Assembly: GCA_016192985.1 (NCBI GenBank)
Contig: JACPTC010000017.1
Location: 65,766-129,765 of the forward strand
Length of the DNA stretch: 64,000 bases
Reading direction: 5' to 3'
DNA from: Candidatus Woesearchaeota archaeon
GTDB lineage: Archaea; Nanobdellota; Nanobdellia; Woesearchaeales; GW2011-AR4
Shown: piece after piece, positions 20,957 through 31,870 of the stretch
How positions within the stretch are numbered: the stretch's first letter is position 1
Layout of the letters: every line of letters starts with the position of its first letter
Position numbers and translations under genes: made by a program
Notes under the pieces: model-generated
Told to the model about the DNA's origin: nothing
Databases searched by the model: none
Seen by the model: the letters and a program-made list of their open reading frames with translations, nothing else

Positions 20957-22003
20957 ATGACAAAAAGCATATTAAAACCACTAAAACAAGCGGGATGGAA
21001 TGGTAGCCAGAGAATGATATTCATAGCGCTGAATGGTATTGGCAATACAATCATTCTGACTCCTGCCTTGGTAAATCTCAAGAAGAATTGGCCTAAATCT
21101 TATGTCACAGTATTGACTTTGAGAGATTCTGTGGGAATTATCTCAAGCAATCCTTATATAGACGATGTTATTGTTTACCCATCAAAAAAATCATTATTAT
21201 CAAGAATCGTGTTTCTATTAAAACTAAGAAGGCAAAAATATGATATAAGCTTTTATCCGTATCCAAATGTCAATATAATGAGTGCATTATTTGCATTTAT
21301 CATAGGAGCAAAATGCAGGGTAAATTTTTATTACAGATTTCTGGGCAAGTGGAGCGGGATTTTTGACTCTATCAGCGTTCCGGTCGACCTTGAAAAGCAC
21401 GATATAGAAAAAAATCTGGATTTGCTTAGGGCATTAAACCTGAAAATATACTCTAAAAACCCCTGTATCTACATTAAAAAAGAAGATACGAAATATGTTG
21501 ACGGGCTTCTTAAAAATAATGTAAAAAGAAAAGACATATTGATTGGCATGCATGTTGGCTCAAAAGAAGGAATGAGAATATGGCATACGGAAAATTTCGC
21601 TTCTTTAGCTAAGAAGCTTTCAGCGGATAAAAGAGTTAAAATATTGCTTGTCGGCACAGATATAGAAATGAACCTCATCAAAGATTTTGGCGAATTTAAA
21701 AAGCAGAATATCATCAACCTTATAAACAAGACGACAATACCTCAAACAACTGCATTAATCGGAAGATGCAAGCTTTTTGTTACAACAGACTCTGGACCTA
21801 TGCACATGGCAGTTGCTGCTGGAACAAGGGTAATTGCCGTTTATCTTGGCCCGCATATAAAAAGAACCGCGCCATACGGCAAAAAGCACATAGTATTTTT
21901 GACAAACAAGGCTACTCATAAGGAAGACAAAAACAAAAACCACATTTACGTTGACAAAGTGACTCCAGACATGGTTTTTAAAAAAATTAGGAAGATACTG
22001 TGA
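20957..22003 (+). CDS. GT9 (heptosyltransferase-like) glycosyltransferase
   Basis: GIGNTIILTP, TTDSGPMHMAVA. Confidence 0.88.
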   Translation: MTKSILKPLKQAGWNGSQRMIFIALNGIGNTIILTPALVNLKKNWPKSYVTVLTLRDSVGIISSNPYIDDVIVYPSKKSLLSRIVFLLKLRRQKYDISFYPYPNVNIMSALFAFIIGAKCRVNFYYRFLGKWSGIFDSISVPVDLEKHDIEKNLDLLRALNLKIYSKNPCIYIKKEDTKYVDGLLKNNVKRKDILIGMHVGSKEGMRIWHTENFASLAKKLSADKRVKILLVGTDIEMNLIKDFGEFKKQNIINLINKTTIPQTTALIGRCKLFVTTDSGPMHMAVAAGTRVIAVYLGPHIKRTAPYGKKHIVFLTNKATHKEDKNKNHIYVDKVTPDMVFKKIRKIL

Positions 22004-22016
22004 TTCCTTATAAAAA

Positions 22017-23144
22017 TCACTGAATGAAACATCTATAAAATTTTTCAGCCACCTTGCCTATTGTAAAATTATTCAAAATATACCTTCTGCCCTTATCTGC
22101 CAATTTTTCAGCATATTTTTTGTTATCCAGCAGCATTTTGATGCCATTTGCCATATCATTAACGTCAAATTTTTTTGTAACAATTCCATATTCCTTGTTT
22201 TTGACCGCAAACTCAACACCGCCGCAATCCATAACCAACACTGGAATTCTGCATGCAAGAGCCTCATTCACAGCAGGAGTAATCTCTTGTGTATTTGCGA
22301 GAACAAAAACAGAGGACATATTATATATGACAGCAAGCTCAGCGTGGCTCTTTGCCCCTAAAAACTTTATCTTATCTCCTATCCCCAAACCTTCAGATAA
22401 CTGAACAAGTTCGTCTTTATAATAACCCTCGCCAACAATCCATAACTCAATGTCATAGCCCCTATCTATAATCTCTTTTGCTGCCCTGATAATCATATCG
22501 TGACCTTTTAATTTATAAAGCGCACCAACCGATAAAACAACAGGTCTTGAGTTTTTTTTAACATTCATGGGCTTGAAGCAATGTACATCAGTGGGATGCC
22601 CAATTACCACACTTTTTTTGGAACCTTTCTGCAGCAAACCAAGGTTTATGCATCTTTTTTCAGCTTCAGGGTTTGCAAATAAAAGGTATCTTGCGTAATT
22701 GCAGGCTTTTTCAGCAAAATACAACGCTATTGGTTTTGTATACTTAAATAAGAAAAAACCCTCAATGGTCTGGGAAGTCCTGTATATCAGCCTGATTTTG
22801 TATTTTTTAGCTGCCAAATATGATTGATAGGCAAACCAATAAAATTCAGGATTACTTGATTCTATGGCATCATAACCCTTTAATTTGCCAATCAAATCAA
22901 AATAATAAAACCTTGGAAAACCCAAAAGCAGGAATATTTTTTCGATTACCGTTCTATAATCCAAGCTATTTATCTTTTCAACTTTAAAGTTTTTGTAAGA
23001 AAAATTGTTTTTTGCATCGGTAAATATTGTAACTTCTATCCTATATTTTTTTATCAAATATTCATAAACTTTCAGTAAATTTTGCAATGAGGACTTTATG
23101 TCGGGCTGTGTAGGAATTACAACAGCCACTCTCAATTTTTTCAT
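22017..23144 (-). CDS. GT4 glycosyltransferase (start at ATG 23144)
   Basis: VGALYKLKG, IVGEG, EALACRIPVL. Confidence 0.85.
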   Translation of the reverse strand: MKKLRVAVVIPTQPDIKSSLQNLLKVYEYLIKKYRIEVTIFTDAKNNFSYKNFKVEKINSLDYRTVIEKIFLLLGFPRFYYFDLIGKLKGYDAIESSNPEFYWFAYQSYLAAKKYKIRLIYRTSQTIEGFFLFKYTKPIALYFAEKACNYARYLLFANPEAEKRCINLGLLQKGSKKSVVIGHPTDVHCFKPMNVKKNSRPVVLSVGALYKLKGHDMIIRAAKEIIDRGYDIELWIVGEGYYKDELVQLSEGLGIGDKIKFLGAKSHAELAVIYNMSSVFVLANTQEITPAVNEALACRIPVLVMDCGGVEFAVKNKEYGIVTKKFDVNDMANGIKMLLDNKKYAEKLADKGRRYILNNFTIGKVAEKFYRCFIQ

Positions 23145-23196
23145 ATTATTCCTCAATAGATAACTATTTATATACCTTTTTGTTTTTTCAGACGAT

Positions 23197-24309
23197 ATGT
23201 TGAAAATAATAAATGTAGTGGGAACAAGACCTAACTTCATTAAGATAGCGCCTCTAATAAAAGAGATGAAGAAGCATAAGGATATAAACCCTATTTTGAT
23301 ACACACTGGCCAACACTATGACGCTTCTATGTCAAAAGCCTTTTTTGAGGATTTAAATATACCAAAACCCAATCTGAACCTCGAAGTTGGCTCAGCTTCT
23401 GACGCCGCTCAAACTGCCAAGATAATGCTAAAATTTGAGAAAGCGCTGTTGAAGGAGAAGCCTGATTTGGTTTTAGTTGTTGGCGATGTAAATTCTACCT
23501 TTGCAGCAGCTATCACAGCAAAAAAATGCGGAATTAAAGTTGCGCATGTTGAATCTGGCCTAAGGAGTTTTGACATGAAAATGCCTGAAGAAATAAACAG
23601 GATTCTTACAGACCACGTTTCAGACTTTTTGTTTACAACAGAAAAAAGCGCAAATCAAAATTTAATTAACGAAGGCATAGACAAGAAAAAGATATTATAT
23701 GTTGGAAATGTGATGATAGATACGCTAATAAGCCACAGGGAAAAGGCGAAAAAATCAAGAATATTGCAGAAGTTAGGTTTATACAAGAAGGAATATGCCG
23801 TCCTGACACTGCATAGGCCGAGCAATGTCGATGATAACGAATCGTTTAAATCTATTTTCAATATTTTAAATAAAGTCCAGAGAAAAATCAAGATTGTATT
23901 CCCTATACACCCAAGAACACTAAAAAATTTGAAGAAACACTGCTTATTGGAAAGTCTCAAAAGTAAAAAGAGCATAGTGCTGACAGAGCCGCTTGGCTAC
24001 CTTGACTTCTTAAGCTTGATGATAAATTCAAAATTTGTTATCACGGATTCTGGCGGAATACAGGAAGAAACTACAGTCTTAAATGTACCTTGCGTGACCA
24101 TCAGGAATACCACAGAAAGGCCAATAACCACAACAGAAGGCACTAATGTTCTTGTTAGTACAGATGAAGATAAGATACTCAATTCTTGCAATCATATTAT
24201 AAAGGGAGTAAATGTAAAAAGCAAAATCCCTAAACTGTGGGATGGCAAGGCTGCAGACAGGATAATCAACATCCTATTGGCAAATTTGGGACGCAATCAT
24301 CAAACATAA
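23197..24309 (+). CDS. wecB: UDP-N-acetylglucosamine 2-epimerase (non-hydrolysing)
   Basis: GTRPNFIK, HTGQHYD, HVESGLRS, TDSGGIQEE. Confidence 0.95.
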   Translation: MLKIINVVGTRPNFIKIAPLIKEMKKHKDINPILIHTGQHYDASMSKAFFEDLNIPKPNLNLEVGSASDAAQTAKIMLKFEKALLKEKPDLVLVVGDVNSTFAAAITAKKCGIKVAHVESGLRSFDMKMPEEINRILTDHVSDFLFTTEKSANQNLINEGIDKKKILYVGNVMIDTLISHREKAKKSRILQKLGLYKKEYAVLTLHRPSNVDDNESFKSIFNILNKVQRKIKIVFPIHPRTLKNLKKHCLLESLKSKKSIVLTEPLGYLDFLSLMINSKFVITDSGGIQEETTVLNVPCVTIRNTTERPITTTEGTNVLVSTDEDKILNSCNHIIKGVNVKSKIPKLWDGKAADRIINILLANLGRNHQT

Positions 24310-24319
24310 AGTATATATA

Positions 24320-25777
24320 ATGATGTCTGCTCTAAATGATTTTATGTCTATCCAATCAAGAATATTGAAGAATATAAGTTTTGTAAGCGCTGGCGAGCTA
24401 ATATCAAATTTTTTATCATATTTTCTAATCATTTTTATTGCCCGACTCCTCGGATCTGAAGGACTGGGAATTTACTCATTTGCATTCGCATTTGTTGGGC
24501 TGTTTGCGGTCTTCAATGATTTTGGACTTTCAACTTTTTTCGTTAGAGAAGTTTCAAAGAAAAGGGAAGATATAGAAAAATATTTTGGCAATTACGCCGC
24601 AATGAGGCTCATCTTGTGCATTATTTCGGCTGTATTGCCTTTGGTATTCATTTTATTCTTAAAGAGGTCGTCGTATGTTGTTGGTGTTGTGTATCTGGCT
24701 GCCGTAGCACTTTTCTTCCAAAATTACTCTTATATTCCGAGAAATACGTTTCTGGCTTATCAGGTTATGCAGTATGATTCTGCCATCAAGATAATCGAAA
24801 GAATTGTTGCATTTACGTTAGGTTTGTACGTGCTCTGGGCAGGCTACGGATTGCTGGCGTTTCTTATAGTGCTTGCTATATCCAATTTTATAGCGTATAT
24901 AATGTCTGTGATATTTCTAAGAAAGATAAATATAAAGTTTAGATTCAAAATAGACTATAAAATATGGAAATCAATGCTCAAAACTTCTTGGCCATTTTGG
25001 CTTTCAATGATTTTTTTACAAATTTATTTTCAGCTAGACACAGTGATGCTTTCTTTTATGAAAGGATACGAGGCTACTGGATTGTATAATGCAGCTTACA
25101 AGTTGATATTTGTTGCTGATAAAATACCTTTGATAATTGGTCTTGTATTATTTCCTGTTATGTCTGAGCTATACGCTAGCATGTCAAAGGGACTATTAAA
25201 AAAAACACTTCAAAAAGGCTCACATTTAATGATAATTTTGAGTCTTCCATTGATTTCAGGCACAGTTATTTTGGCAGACCGGATAATATTATTTATCTAT
25301 AAATCCGATTTTAAAGGCTCTATTATTGCCCTTCAAATACTGATATGGACTACCTTTTTCATGTTTCTGAGTTATCTTATCGGCTGGTTCCTTAATGCAA
25401 CTAACAGGCAGAAGATTTTTACATATACTACGGGCTTGTGTCTCGCTTTTAATGTAATACTAAATTTTATGCTTATACCCTCCTTTGGTTACACTGGAGC
25501 TTCGATAGCGACGCTTGTAACCGCCGCATTGAATTTTTTATTATTATACCATTTTAGTATCAAATCCGGATATTTTGTAAATATTTTCAAATTAATTTTA
25601 AAACCCCTAATTGCCGCTATACTGATGGGAGCATTGATAATCTTTTTTGGGAAAGATATTCATCTTCTCGCATTGATACCTGTATCAGCTCTTTTTTATT
25701 TTTTATTGCTTATTCTTATGAAAGATGTCAAAAAAACGGACTTTGAGGATTTCCTTTCAAAGAAAAGTTTTAAATAA
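24320..25777 (+). CDS. Oligosaccharide flippase (Wzx/AglR family)
   Basis: Multi-TM; ARLLG.EGLGIY, LDTVMLS....ATGLYNAAYK. Confidence 0.9.
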   Translation: MMSALNDFMSIQSRILKNISFVSAGELISNFLSYFLIIFIARLLGSEGLGIYSFAFAFVGLFAVFNDFGLSTFFVREVSKKREDIEKYFGNYAAMRLILCIISAVLPLVFILFLKRSSYVVGVVYLAAVALFFQNYSYIPRNTFLAYQVMQYDSAIKIIERIVAFTLGLYVLWAGYGLLAFLIVLAISNFIAYIMSVIFLRKINIKFRFKIDYKIWKSMLKTSWPFWLSMIFLQIYFQLDTVMLSFMKGYEATGLYNAAYKLIFVADKIPLIIGLVLFPVMSELYASMSKGLLKKTLQKGSHLMIILSLPLISGTVILADRIILFIYKSDFKGSIIALQILIWTTFFMFLSYLIGWFLNATNRQKIFTYTTGLCLAFNVILNFMLIPSFGYTGASIATLVTAALNFLLLYHFSIKSGYFVNIFKLILKPLIAAILMGALIIFFGKDIHLLALIPVSALFYFLLLILMKDVKKTDFEDFLSKKSFK

Positions 25778-25799
25778 GCCCCAAAAATCCGCAGATAAA

Positions 25800-28439
25800 A
25801 TGCCTACAATACTCGGCTTTCATAGCCATAATCTTACAGGCGCTGCGCTCGTCAGTGACGGAAGGATTATTTCTGCAGTCAATGAGGAAAGACTAGACCG
25901 AATTAAAAACAGCCCTGCATTTCCTGAGAAATCTATAAAAGAAGTTTTAAGAGAAGGAGAGATGAAAAATGAGGAAGTAGACTCTATTGCGATAGGTGAC
26001 CTTATTTACAAATTTCCCGCCATTAGTGAATACATCAAGAGATTATTTGTAACTTCCCCAAAATACCACTACAATATAATTGGAAGGATTAAGCATATAT
26101 GGAATATGCAATCAAAATGTTCCAAGGCAAATTTTAGATACTCAAACAAAAATTTTCCTGGCAAAAATATCAATAATGTAGAGCATCATGTCGCGCATGC
26201 CGCTTCTGCCCATTTTACTAGCGGCAATGATAAAAACTTGATAGTGACTATTGACGGGTGGGGCGATAAACTGTCAAATGGCGCATACATCGGCAATAAA
26301 GCTAGCATTAATAGATTATACAGCTCTTATGATTTGGACTCATTGGGCTACTTTTATAGCAGAATCACTGTTGCTTTGGGCTTCAAGCCCCACAGGCACG
26401 AAGGAAAGATAACAGGACTCGCTGCTTATGGAAAGCCAAGCAGCGATTTAACTAAATTAATGGACAAAATGGGATATTTTGATAGAAGGAACATGAGATT
26501 CAAGTTCAATCTCGGTGAAGATTATTTCCCAACGCTGGATGTCAAGGAAAAGCTTATACATAAACTATCAAAATTTAAGAAAGAGGATGTTGCTGCAGCA
26601 GCCCAAAAATTTCTTGAGGACACAACAAGGCAGTATGTAACAGCTTTAATAGATAAAGAAGGCAGCCATCACCTAGTATGTGCTGGAGGAATCTTCGCTA
26701 ATGTTAAAATGAACCAGATAATCAAGGATTTGCCAGGAGTTAAAAGCATTTTTGTTCATCCAAACATGGGGGACGAAGGCTTGTGCCTTGGATGCGCCCT
26801 AAAAACCTATAATGATAAGTATGGGTATATGAATGTTAGATTAAAAGATGTTTATTTTGGTCCAGAATTTACAGATCAAGAAATTAAAGAAGAGCTTGAC
26901 AAGTTCAATCTGGAATATGAGCACTTAAAAGACATTGAGTACCAAGCTGCAGAACTGCTGTCCAAAGGCAAGGTGGTTGCCCGCTTCAATGGCAGAATGG
27001 AGTATGGGCCAAGAGCTTTAGGCAACAGAAGCATTCTTTATCAGACACAAGACAAAAGTGTAAATGACTGGCTTAACAAGCATTTGCATAGGTGTTATGA
27101 TGATAAAACAGAAATTTTGACTAGTGAAGGTTGGAAGCTTATTAAGGACATTTCAGATGGCGAAGTTGTAGCAACGCTCAATCCAAAAAAAGACAGCCTC
27201 GAGTTTCAAAAAATCACCAAAAAAATTTCATATGATTATGACGGGCAAATGTTTAAGATTAAAAACAAGAGGATAGATCTGGTTATAACTCCTAATCATA
27301 ATCTATGGGTTAAAAAAAAGCATGGATCATCCTTTTCATTTATAAAAGTGGATGATGTTGCAAAAATAAGAACATATCATTATCAAAAAAAAGGAGGAGT
27401 TGATTGGAAAGGTAAAAGACGCGAAAGCTTCAGATTAGGAAGAAAAAAAATCCTTATGGATATTTGGTTGGAATTTTTAGGATATTACCTTTCCGAAGGC
27501 AGTGTTTATTATGATGGATATGGTCATTATAGGGTTTCCATTGCGCAATCAAAGAATTCTCGGCATTTTATCTCAATAGAAAGATGCTTAAAAAAACTTC
27601 CATTTAAGTTTTTTTATTCAAAAAAAGAATTTATTGCCAATAATAAAATGCTTTTTGATTATCTAAAAAAGCTTGGCAAATCTGGAAATAAGTATATCGC
27701 TAGAGAGTTTATGTCTTTAGAGAAGAAACAGCTTATGATTTTATTTAAAGCTTTAATTGACGGAGACGGCAACATAAGGGGAAACGGCTATAGATACGCT
27801 ACTACCAGCAGATTGCTTGCTGATAATGTTCAAGAGCTAGCGTTTAAATTAGGTTATAGTGCTTATTTATCCATGCAGAAGAAAAGTCTTAATCCAAAGC
27901 ATAATCAGTTGTATATGGTTAAGATAGGAAGAAGTCCTGTGGCTACTGTAAGAGCTAATCAAATAACTAAAATTCCATATAAGGGGAATGTATATTGTGT
28001 TACCGTGCCTAATCATATTATCTATGTAAGGCGCAACGGCAAGAGCGTTTTTTCAGGAAACACAGAATTTATGCCTTTCGCGCCAGTAACCATAGCAAAA
28101 TATGCAGATAAATGCTACCAAGGCATAAGGGGGGCGGAATACACAGCAAAATTTATGACTATCACATTTGACTGCACAGACTGGATGAAAGAGGCTTGTC
28201 CAGGCGTTGTGCATATCGATGGAACTGCAAGACCGCAGTTGATTGAAGAATCCGATAATCCAAGCTATTTCAGGATAGTTGATGAATACAGGAAAATAAC
28301 AAATGTACCGTGCCTGATAAACACAAGCTTTAACATGCATGAAGAGCCTATTGTATGCACACCAAATGATGCAATAAGGGCATTTAAGGACGGCAATTTA
28401 GACTATTTGGCTATAGGAAATTATCTTGCAAGAAATTGA
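25800..28439 (+). CDS. Carbamoyltransferase (NodU/CmcH family) containing an intein; start at ATG 25800
   Basis: EERL.RIK, EHHVAHA, EGKITGLAAYG, EYGPRALGNRS, FMPFAP, LINTSFN. Confidence 0.92.
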   Translation: MPTILGFHSHNLTGAALVSDGRIISAVNEERLDRIKNSPAFPEKSIKEVLREGEMKNEEVDSIAIGDLIYKFPAISEYIKRLFVTSPKYHYNIIGRIKHIWNMQSKCSKANFRYSNKNFPGKNINNVEHHVAHAASAHFTSGNDKNLIVTIDGWGDKLSNGAYIGNKASINRLYSSYDLDSLGYFYSRITVALGFKPHRHEGKITGLAAYGKPSSDLTKLMDKMGYFDRRNMRFKFNLGEDYFPTLDVKEKLIHKLSKFKKEDVAAAAQKFLEDTTRQYVTALIDKEGSHHLVCAGGIFANVKMNQIIKDLPGVKSIFVHPNMGDEGLCLGCALKTYNDKYGYMNVRLKDVYFGPEFTDQEIKEELDKFNLEYEHLKDIEYQAAELLSKGKVVARFNGRMEYGPRALGNRSILYQTQDKSVNDWLNKHLHRCYDDKTEILTSEGWKLIKDISDGEVVATLNPKKDSLEFQKITKKISYDYDGQMFKIKNKRIDLVITPNHNLWVKKKHGSSFSFIKVDDVAKIRTYHYQKKGGVDWKGKRRESFRLGRKKILMDIWLEFLGYYLSEGSVYYDGYGHYRVSIAQSKNSRHFISIERCLKKLPFKFFYSKKEFIANNKMLFDYLKKLGKSGNKYIAREFMSLEKKQLMILFKALIDGDGNIRGNGYRYATTSRLLADNVQELAFKLGYSAYLSMQKKSLNPKHNQLYMVKIGRSPVATVRANQITKIPYKGNVYCVTVPNHIIYVRRNGKSVFSGNTEFMPFAPVTIAKYADKCYQGIRGAEYTAKFMTITFDCTDWMKEACPGVVHIDGTARPQLIEESDNPSYFRIVDEYRKITNVPCLINTSFNMHEEPIVCTPNDAIRAFKDGNLDYLAIGNYLARN
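27093..28061 (+). mobile_element. Intein (323 aa) with LAGLIDADG endonuclease
   Basis: Begins CYDDKTEILTSEGWK, block B ITPNH, motifs FLGYYLSEG and ALIDGDG, ends VYCVTVPNHIIYVRRNGKSVFSGN before Thr+1. Confidence 0.93.
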
Positions 28440-28472
28440 TAAAGGTATCATATACATGGAGGAAAAGCTTGA

Positions 28473-30932
28473 TTAATCTCTTGATAAAAAAAATATCTTA
28501 GCAAAATAAAAAGATATAGCCATCAATGTCAAAATAGTTATCAATTTGCCTATTCTGTATGATAGAGGATCAAATATAAATTCTATTTCGTGATGGCCAT
28601 TGTTCAGGTATACAGACCTGAAGATATAATTGGCTCTGTAAATCCTGGCTTCCTTTCCGTTGTCGAAAGCTTTCCATCCAGGATACCATATTTCGCTCAT
28701 GACTAAAAAGCCGGGCTTGTCGGTGTCAACTTCAACTTTGATTTTATTGGGAGAATAGAATGTGACATCTGCTTCTTTAAATGCATTTCCTGTCTGCTTT
28801 AGTTTCACACTTTCTTCCAAAATTACATTCTTTCTTGGGTCAAAATCCCCGCTTTTTAAAATCTCAATGATCTTGCTCCTTTCAGCAACTATATAATTGC
28901 CTACAATGAAGGCTCTTGGCACGAATTCCAGATTTTCATAAACATAATTGGTTTGGAAGCTTTCCAGCTCCAGCATCTTATGTTCCAATTTTTTGTCTGA
29001 ATAGGTCTTCTTGTCGTTGCTGTCATAAACAATTGAAGTCGAGTTGTAAAGAAGTATGTAGTTCTGGTCTTTCAGCTTTTGGGTTGTTATAACATACTTT
29101 ACATTCAGCAAATCAAGCATCTTCTTGTGCCTTATCTCCTTGAAAGGTATTGTCGGGGAAGGAAAAAATGGGAGGCTTGCCATTTCGCTGGCATATTCCC
29201 TGTAATAATACAGCACCATGCCATCATACCCGTTTATGCTTTCAAGATCGTATCTGACAGCAATTTCCTGCGGAATTGATTTTGCCATGTCAAGAAATCT
29301 AAAATAGCCTTTGTCTTTGCTTAAAAAAGAGGGAATCTCATTTTGTATGTAGACATAGTCGCTGCCTTTTAAGTCAATAAAAGGCATGCTAAAGAGCCAT
29401 AAGTCGGCAATTACCAATGCGCAAATTCCTAACTTAAAGTAATCTACCTTAACCTGCTTTTTATACCACAAAAAGAGCAGTAAAGTGCCTATGATAGATA
29501 TACATATGAACAATATTAAATCATGCCGAATTTCACGCAAATTGCTGTCAACCTTCTCTTTATAATACTGCAAAGGTTGAAGCCCCAGCTCTAGTTGGCT
29601 TTTTGAATATTTTGATTCAAGTATGCTGTTTCCTATAGCCATTATCCCATTTTTAAATAAAATAATTCCCGAAAAAATTAATATAGAAAATATTATTGAT
29701 GCCGTTAATATGGCTATCATCCTCCTCAGAAATAATTTGTCCTGCTTGGATTTAATATAGATTAAAAAATCTGCCCCAAAACCAGCTATCAAGGGCATGG
29801 AGAAGAAGTAAAAGAATAGCATCCTTGCCGGAGCCCTTAGGTATCTAAATAATGGAATATAATTATAGAAATAATGATAGAGGGGATTGAACCTTCCAAA
29901 TGATAAGAAAATAGCCACTAGGCAAATAGCAAGAAAAAAGAATGCAAAAACATTTTTTCTTTTAAATGCAAGTAACGATAATATAAGGGGGAAAATACCA
30001 AGATAGATTATTAATTGCCAATATGGAAAGAGGCTCCAGTAGTTGCTGTGAAGAAGCGTTCCAAAGAAGTTAGGACTTACAGACGTTATAAGATGATATG
30101 GCGGAAATGATCCAAGAGTAGAGAAGTCATAGCTCAAACCCCTTGAGCGGGTATCATACTTTAGTATTTCTATTGACGGCAGCAATTGAACTGCAGAAAG
30201 AAAAACTGAAATTAGTAACGCCAAAAAATATATTAAAGAAATGTCCTTTACAGATTTAAAATTTTTTTCATGCTTAATTACTACTAAAATTCTGAATATA
30301 AAATAAACAAATAAGAATAAGTAAGTGTAGATAAGCTTCTGCGTGTGTGCCCCTAAAATAATAAGAGATAAGGATATACCAGTTAAAATTCCATAAACAT
30401 CTTTCCTGCTCTTTATCCCGCATTCAAAAAAGTATAGTGTCAAAGGAAAGAATACCATCATTGGCAATTCATTAGTCAGTCCGGCAAAAATGAACATCAC
30501 AAAGCCGCCATTGAATATGTAAATTACAGATGCTATAAAAGAGCTGAATCTGCTTAAGCCAATCTTTGCTGCATATAAATAAAAAAAAGCTCCAGCAAGG
30601 AAAAAATGGGATATATAGAGAATATTGAACAATAGCGCCATATCTGAAAAAAACATAAACACTGAATTAGGTGGATAAAAAATCTTGGAGAAATGATGCG
30701 CCAAAAAAGGCATGCCTCCAAATGTGTAGGGATTCCAGAGAGGTATTTGACTGAAATTCTGAAAACTGTCGTGTATTAATTCTTTCCAGAGAAGATCTGC
30801 CGCAACTAAGTCGGAAAATGGAGAGTAAATTATATTCATGGGTGATAAAATTGCCTTCCAGAAAAATGCCAACACCAAAAATATTAAAAATAATGAGTAC
30901 TTGTTCTTTTTGAAAAATATTATTAGTCCCAT
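28473..30932 (-). CDS. YfhO-family GT-C-like membrane protein
   Basis: PLWNPYTFGGMP, multi-TM, C-terminal SEIWYPGWKA..NG...RANYIFR. Confidence 0.85.
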   Translation of the reverse strand: MGLIIFFKKNKYSLFLIFLVLAFFWKAILSPMNIIYSPFSDLVAADLLWKELIHDSFQNFSQIPLWNPYTFGGMPFLAHHFSKIFYPPNSVFMFFSDMALLFNILYISHFFLAGAFFYLYAAKIGLSRFSSFIASVIYIFNGGFVMFIFAGLTNELPMMVFFPLTLYFFECGIKSRKDVYGILTGISLSLIILGAHTQKLIYTYLFLFVYFIFRILVVIKHEKNFKSVKDISLIYFLALLISVFLSAVQLLPSIEILKYDTRSRGLSYDFSTLGSFPPYHLITSVSPNFFGTLLHSNYWSLFPYWQLIIYLGIFPLILSLLAFKRKNVFAFFFLAICLVAIFLSFGRFNPLYHYFYNYIPLFRYLRAPARMLFFYFFSMPLIAGFGADFLIYIKSKQDKLFLRRMIAILTASIIFSILIFSGIILFKNGIMAIGNSILESKYSKSQLELGLQPLQYYKEKVDSNLREIRHDLILFICISIIGTLLLFLWYKKQVKVDYFKLGICALVIADLWLFSMPFIDLKGSDYVYIQNEIPSFLSKDKGYFRFLDMAKSIPQEIAVRYDLESINGYDGMVLYYYREYASEMASLPFFPSPTIPFKEIRHKKMLDLLNVKYVITTQKLKDQNYILLYNSTSIVYDSNDKKTYSDKKLEHKMLELESFQTNYVYENLEFVPRAFIVGNYIVAERSKIIEILKSGDFDPRKNVILEESVKLKQTGNAFKEADVTFYSPNKIKVEVDTDKPGFLVMSEIWYPGWKAFDNGKEARIYRANYIFRSVYLNNGHHEIEFIFDPLSYRIGKLITILTLMAISFYFAKIFFLSRD

Positions 30933-30973
30933 TTTTCATAACGTTAACAAAAATAGAAAAGTCCCCCATTTAA

Positions 30974-31795
30974 TTATTTTTTGATTCCTATGACGAACAT
31001 ATCGTTGCTTGTTAAAAAGACAAATGGCCTGCAAGACATAAGCCTTGCCATTAGCCTGAAGATTGGGATCTTTATCAGATCCCTAGTTAGTAAATATTGG
31101 CCACTTCTTAGAATATCTTTCTCAATTACAATTTTAACATTTAGCCCGGATTTCCTTGCCAATCGATAAAAACTTAACGGGTTCATTTCATTGATGTGGA
31201 CCTTTCTTGCAATATTTCTGGAATTCTCAAAATCATCAATTACTGTTTTCTTCCCTACAATTCTAAGAAAAATTTTGGCAAATGGATATATCAGTTTTAT
31301 GAAATATGTATTTGGAGCAGTATGGATAACCACCTTCCCGCGTGGTTTCAATACTCTTTTGGCTTCCTTGAGCATTAGTATGGCTTCATCCTCGTTCAAA
31401 TGCTCTATTATATCTTCCATTAAGATTTTATCGAATGTGTTATTGGCAAATGGGAGATTAGTGGCATTTGCAACAAATGCCTCTGCATTTTTGCTTCTTT
31501 GGGTTAATTTCCTTGCTATTTTTACTGCTTCCTCAGAAAAATCAATTCCTATTGCATTAACACCCCTCTTCGAAGCATTAAATATTATTTCTCCACGCCC
31601 GCAGCCAATATCGAGAAAATGTTCGTCTTTTTTGAGTTCAAGGTACTCCATAGCTTTTTTGAGCCGAAATGAGAGTTCACCTTTTTTAAATGTCTCAAAT
31701 CCTTCACAGTATCTGTTGAGATAATATTCTTTGCCGTAATTTCTTACATCTGAAAAATTTTCAGAAGAATTTTTATTAACCATAAAATTTAGCAT
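30974..31795 (-). CDS. Class I SAM methyltransferase
   Basis: LDIGCGRG, DIIEHL. Confidence 0.88.
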   Translation of the reverse strand: MLNFMVNKNSSENFSDVRNYGKEYYLNRYCEGFETFKKGELSFRLKKAMEYLELKKDEHFLDIGCGRGEIIFNASKRGVNAIGIDFSEEAVKIARKLTQRSKNAEAFVANATNLPFANNTFDKILMEDIIEHLNEDEAILMLKEAKRVLKPRGKVVIHTAPNTYFIKLIYPFAKIFLRIVGKKTVIDDFENSRNIARKVHINEMNPLSFYRLARKSGLNVKIVIEKDILRSGQYLLTRDLIKIPIFRLMARLMSCRPFVFLTSNDMFVIGIKK

Positions 31796-31870
31796 CTTTT
31801 ACTTAATTTAAAAACTTTCGCAATATTTATAAGTTTGGCCTCTGTTCGTTGAATTCTTTACGAGGTTTAT

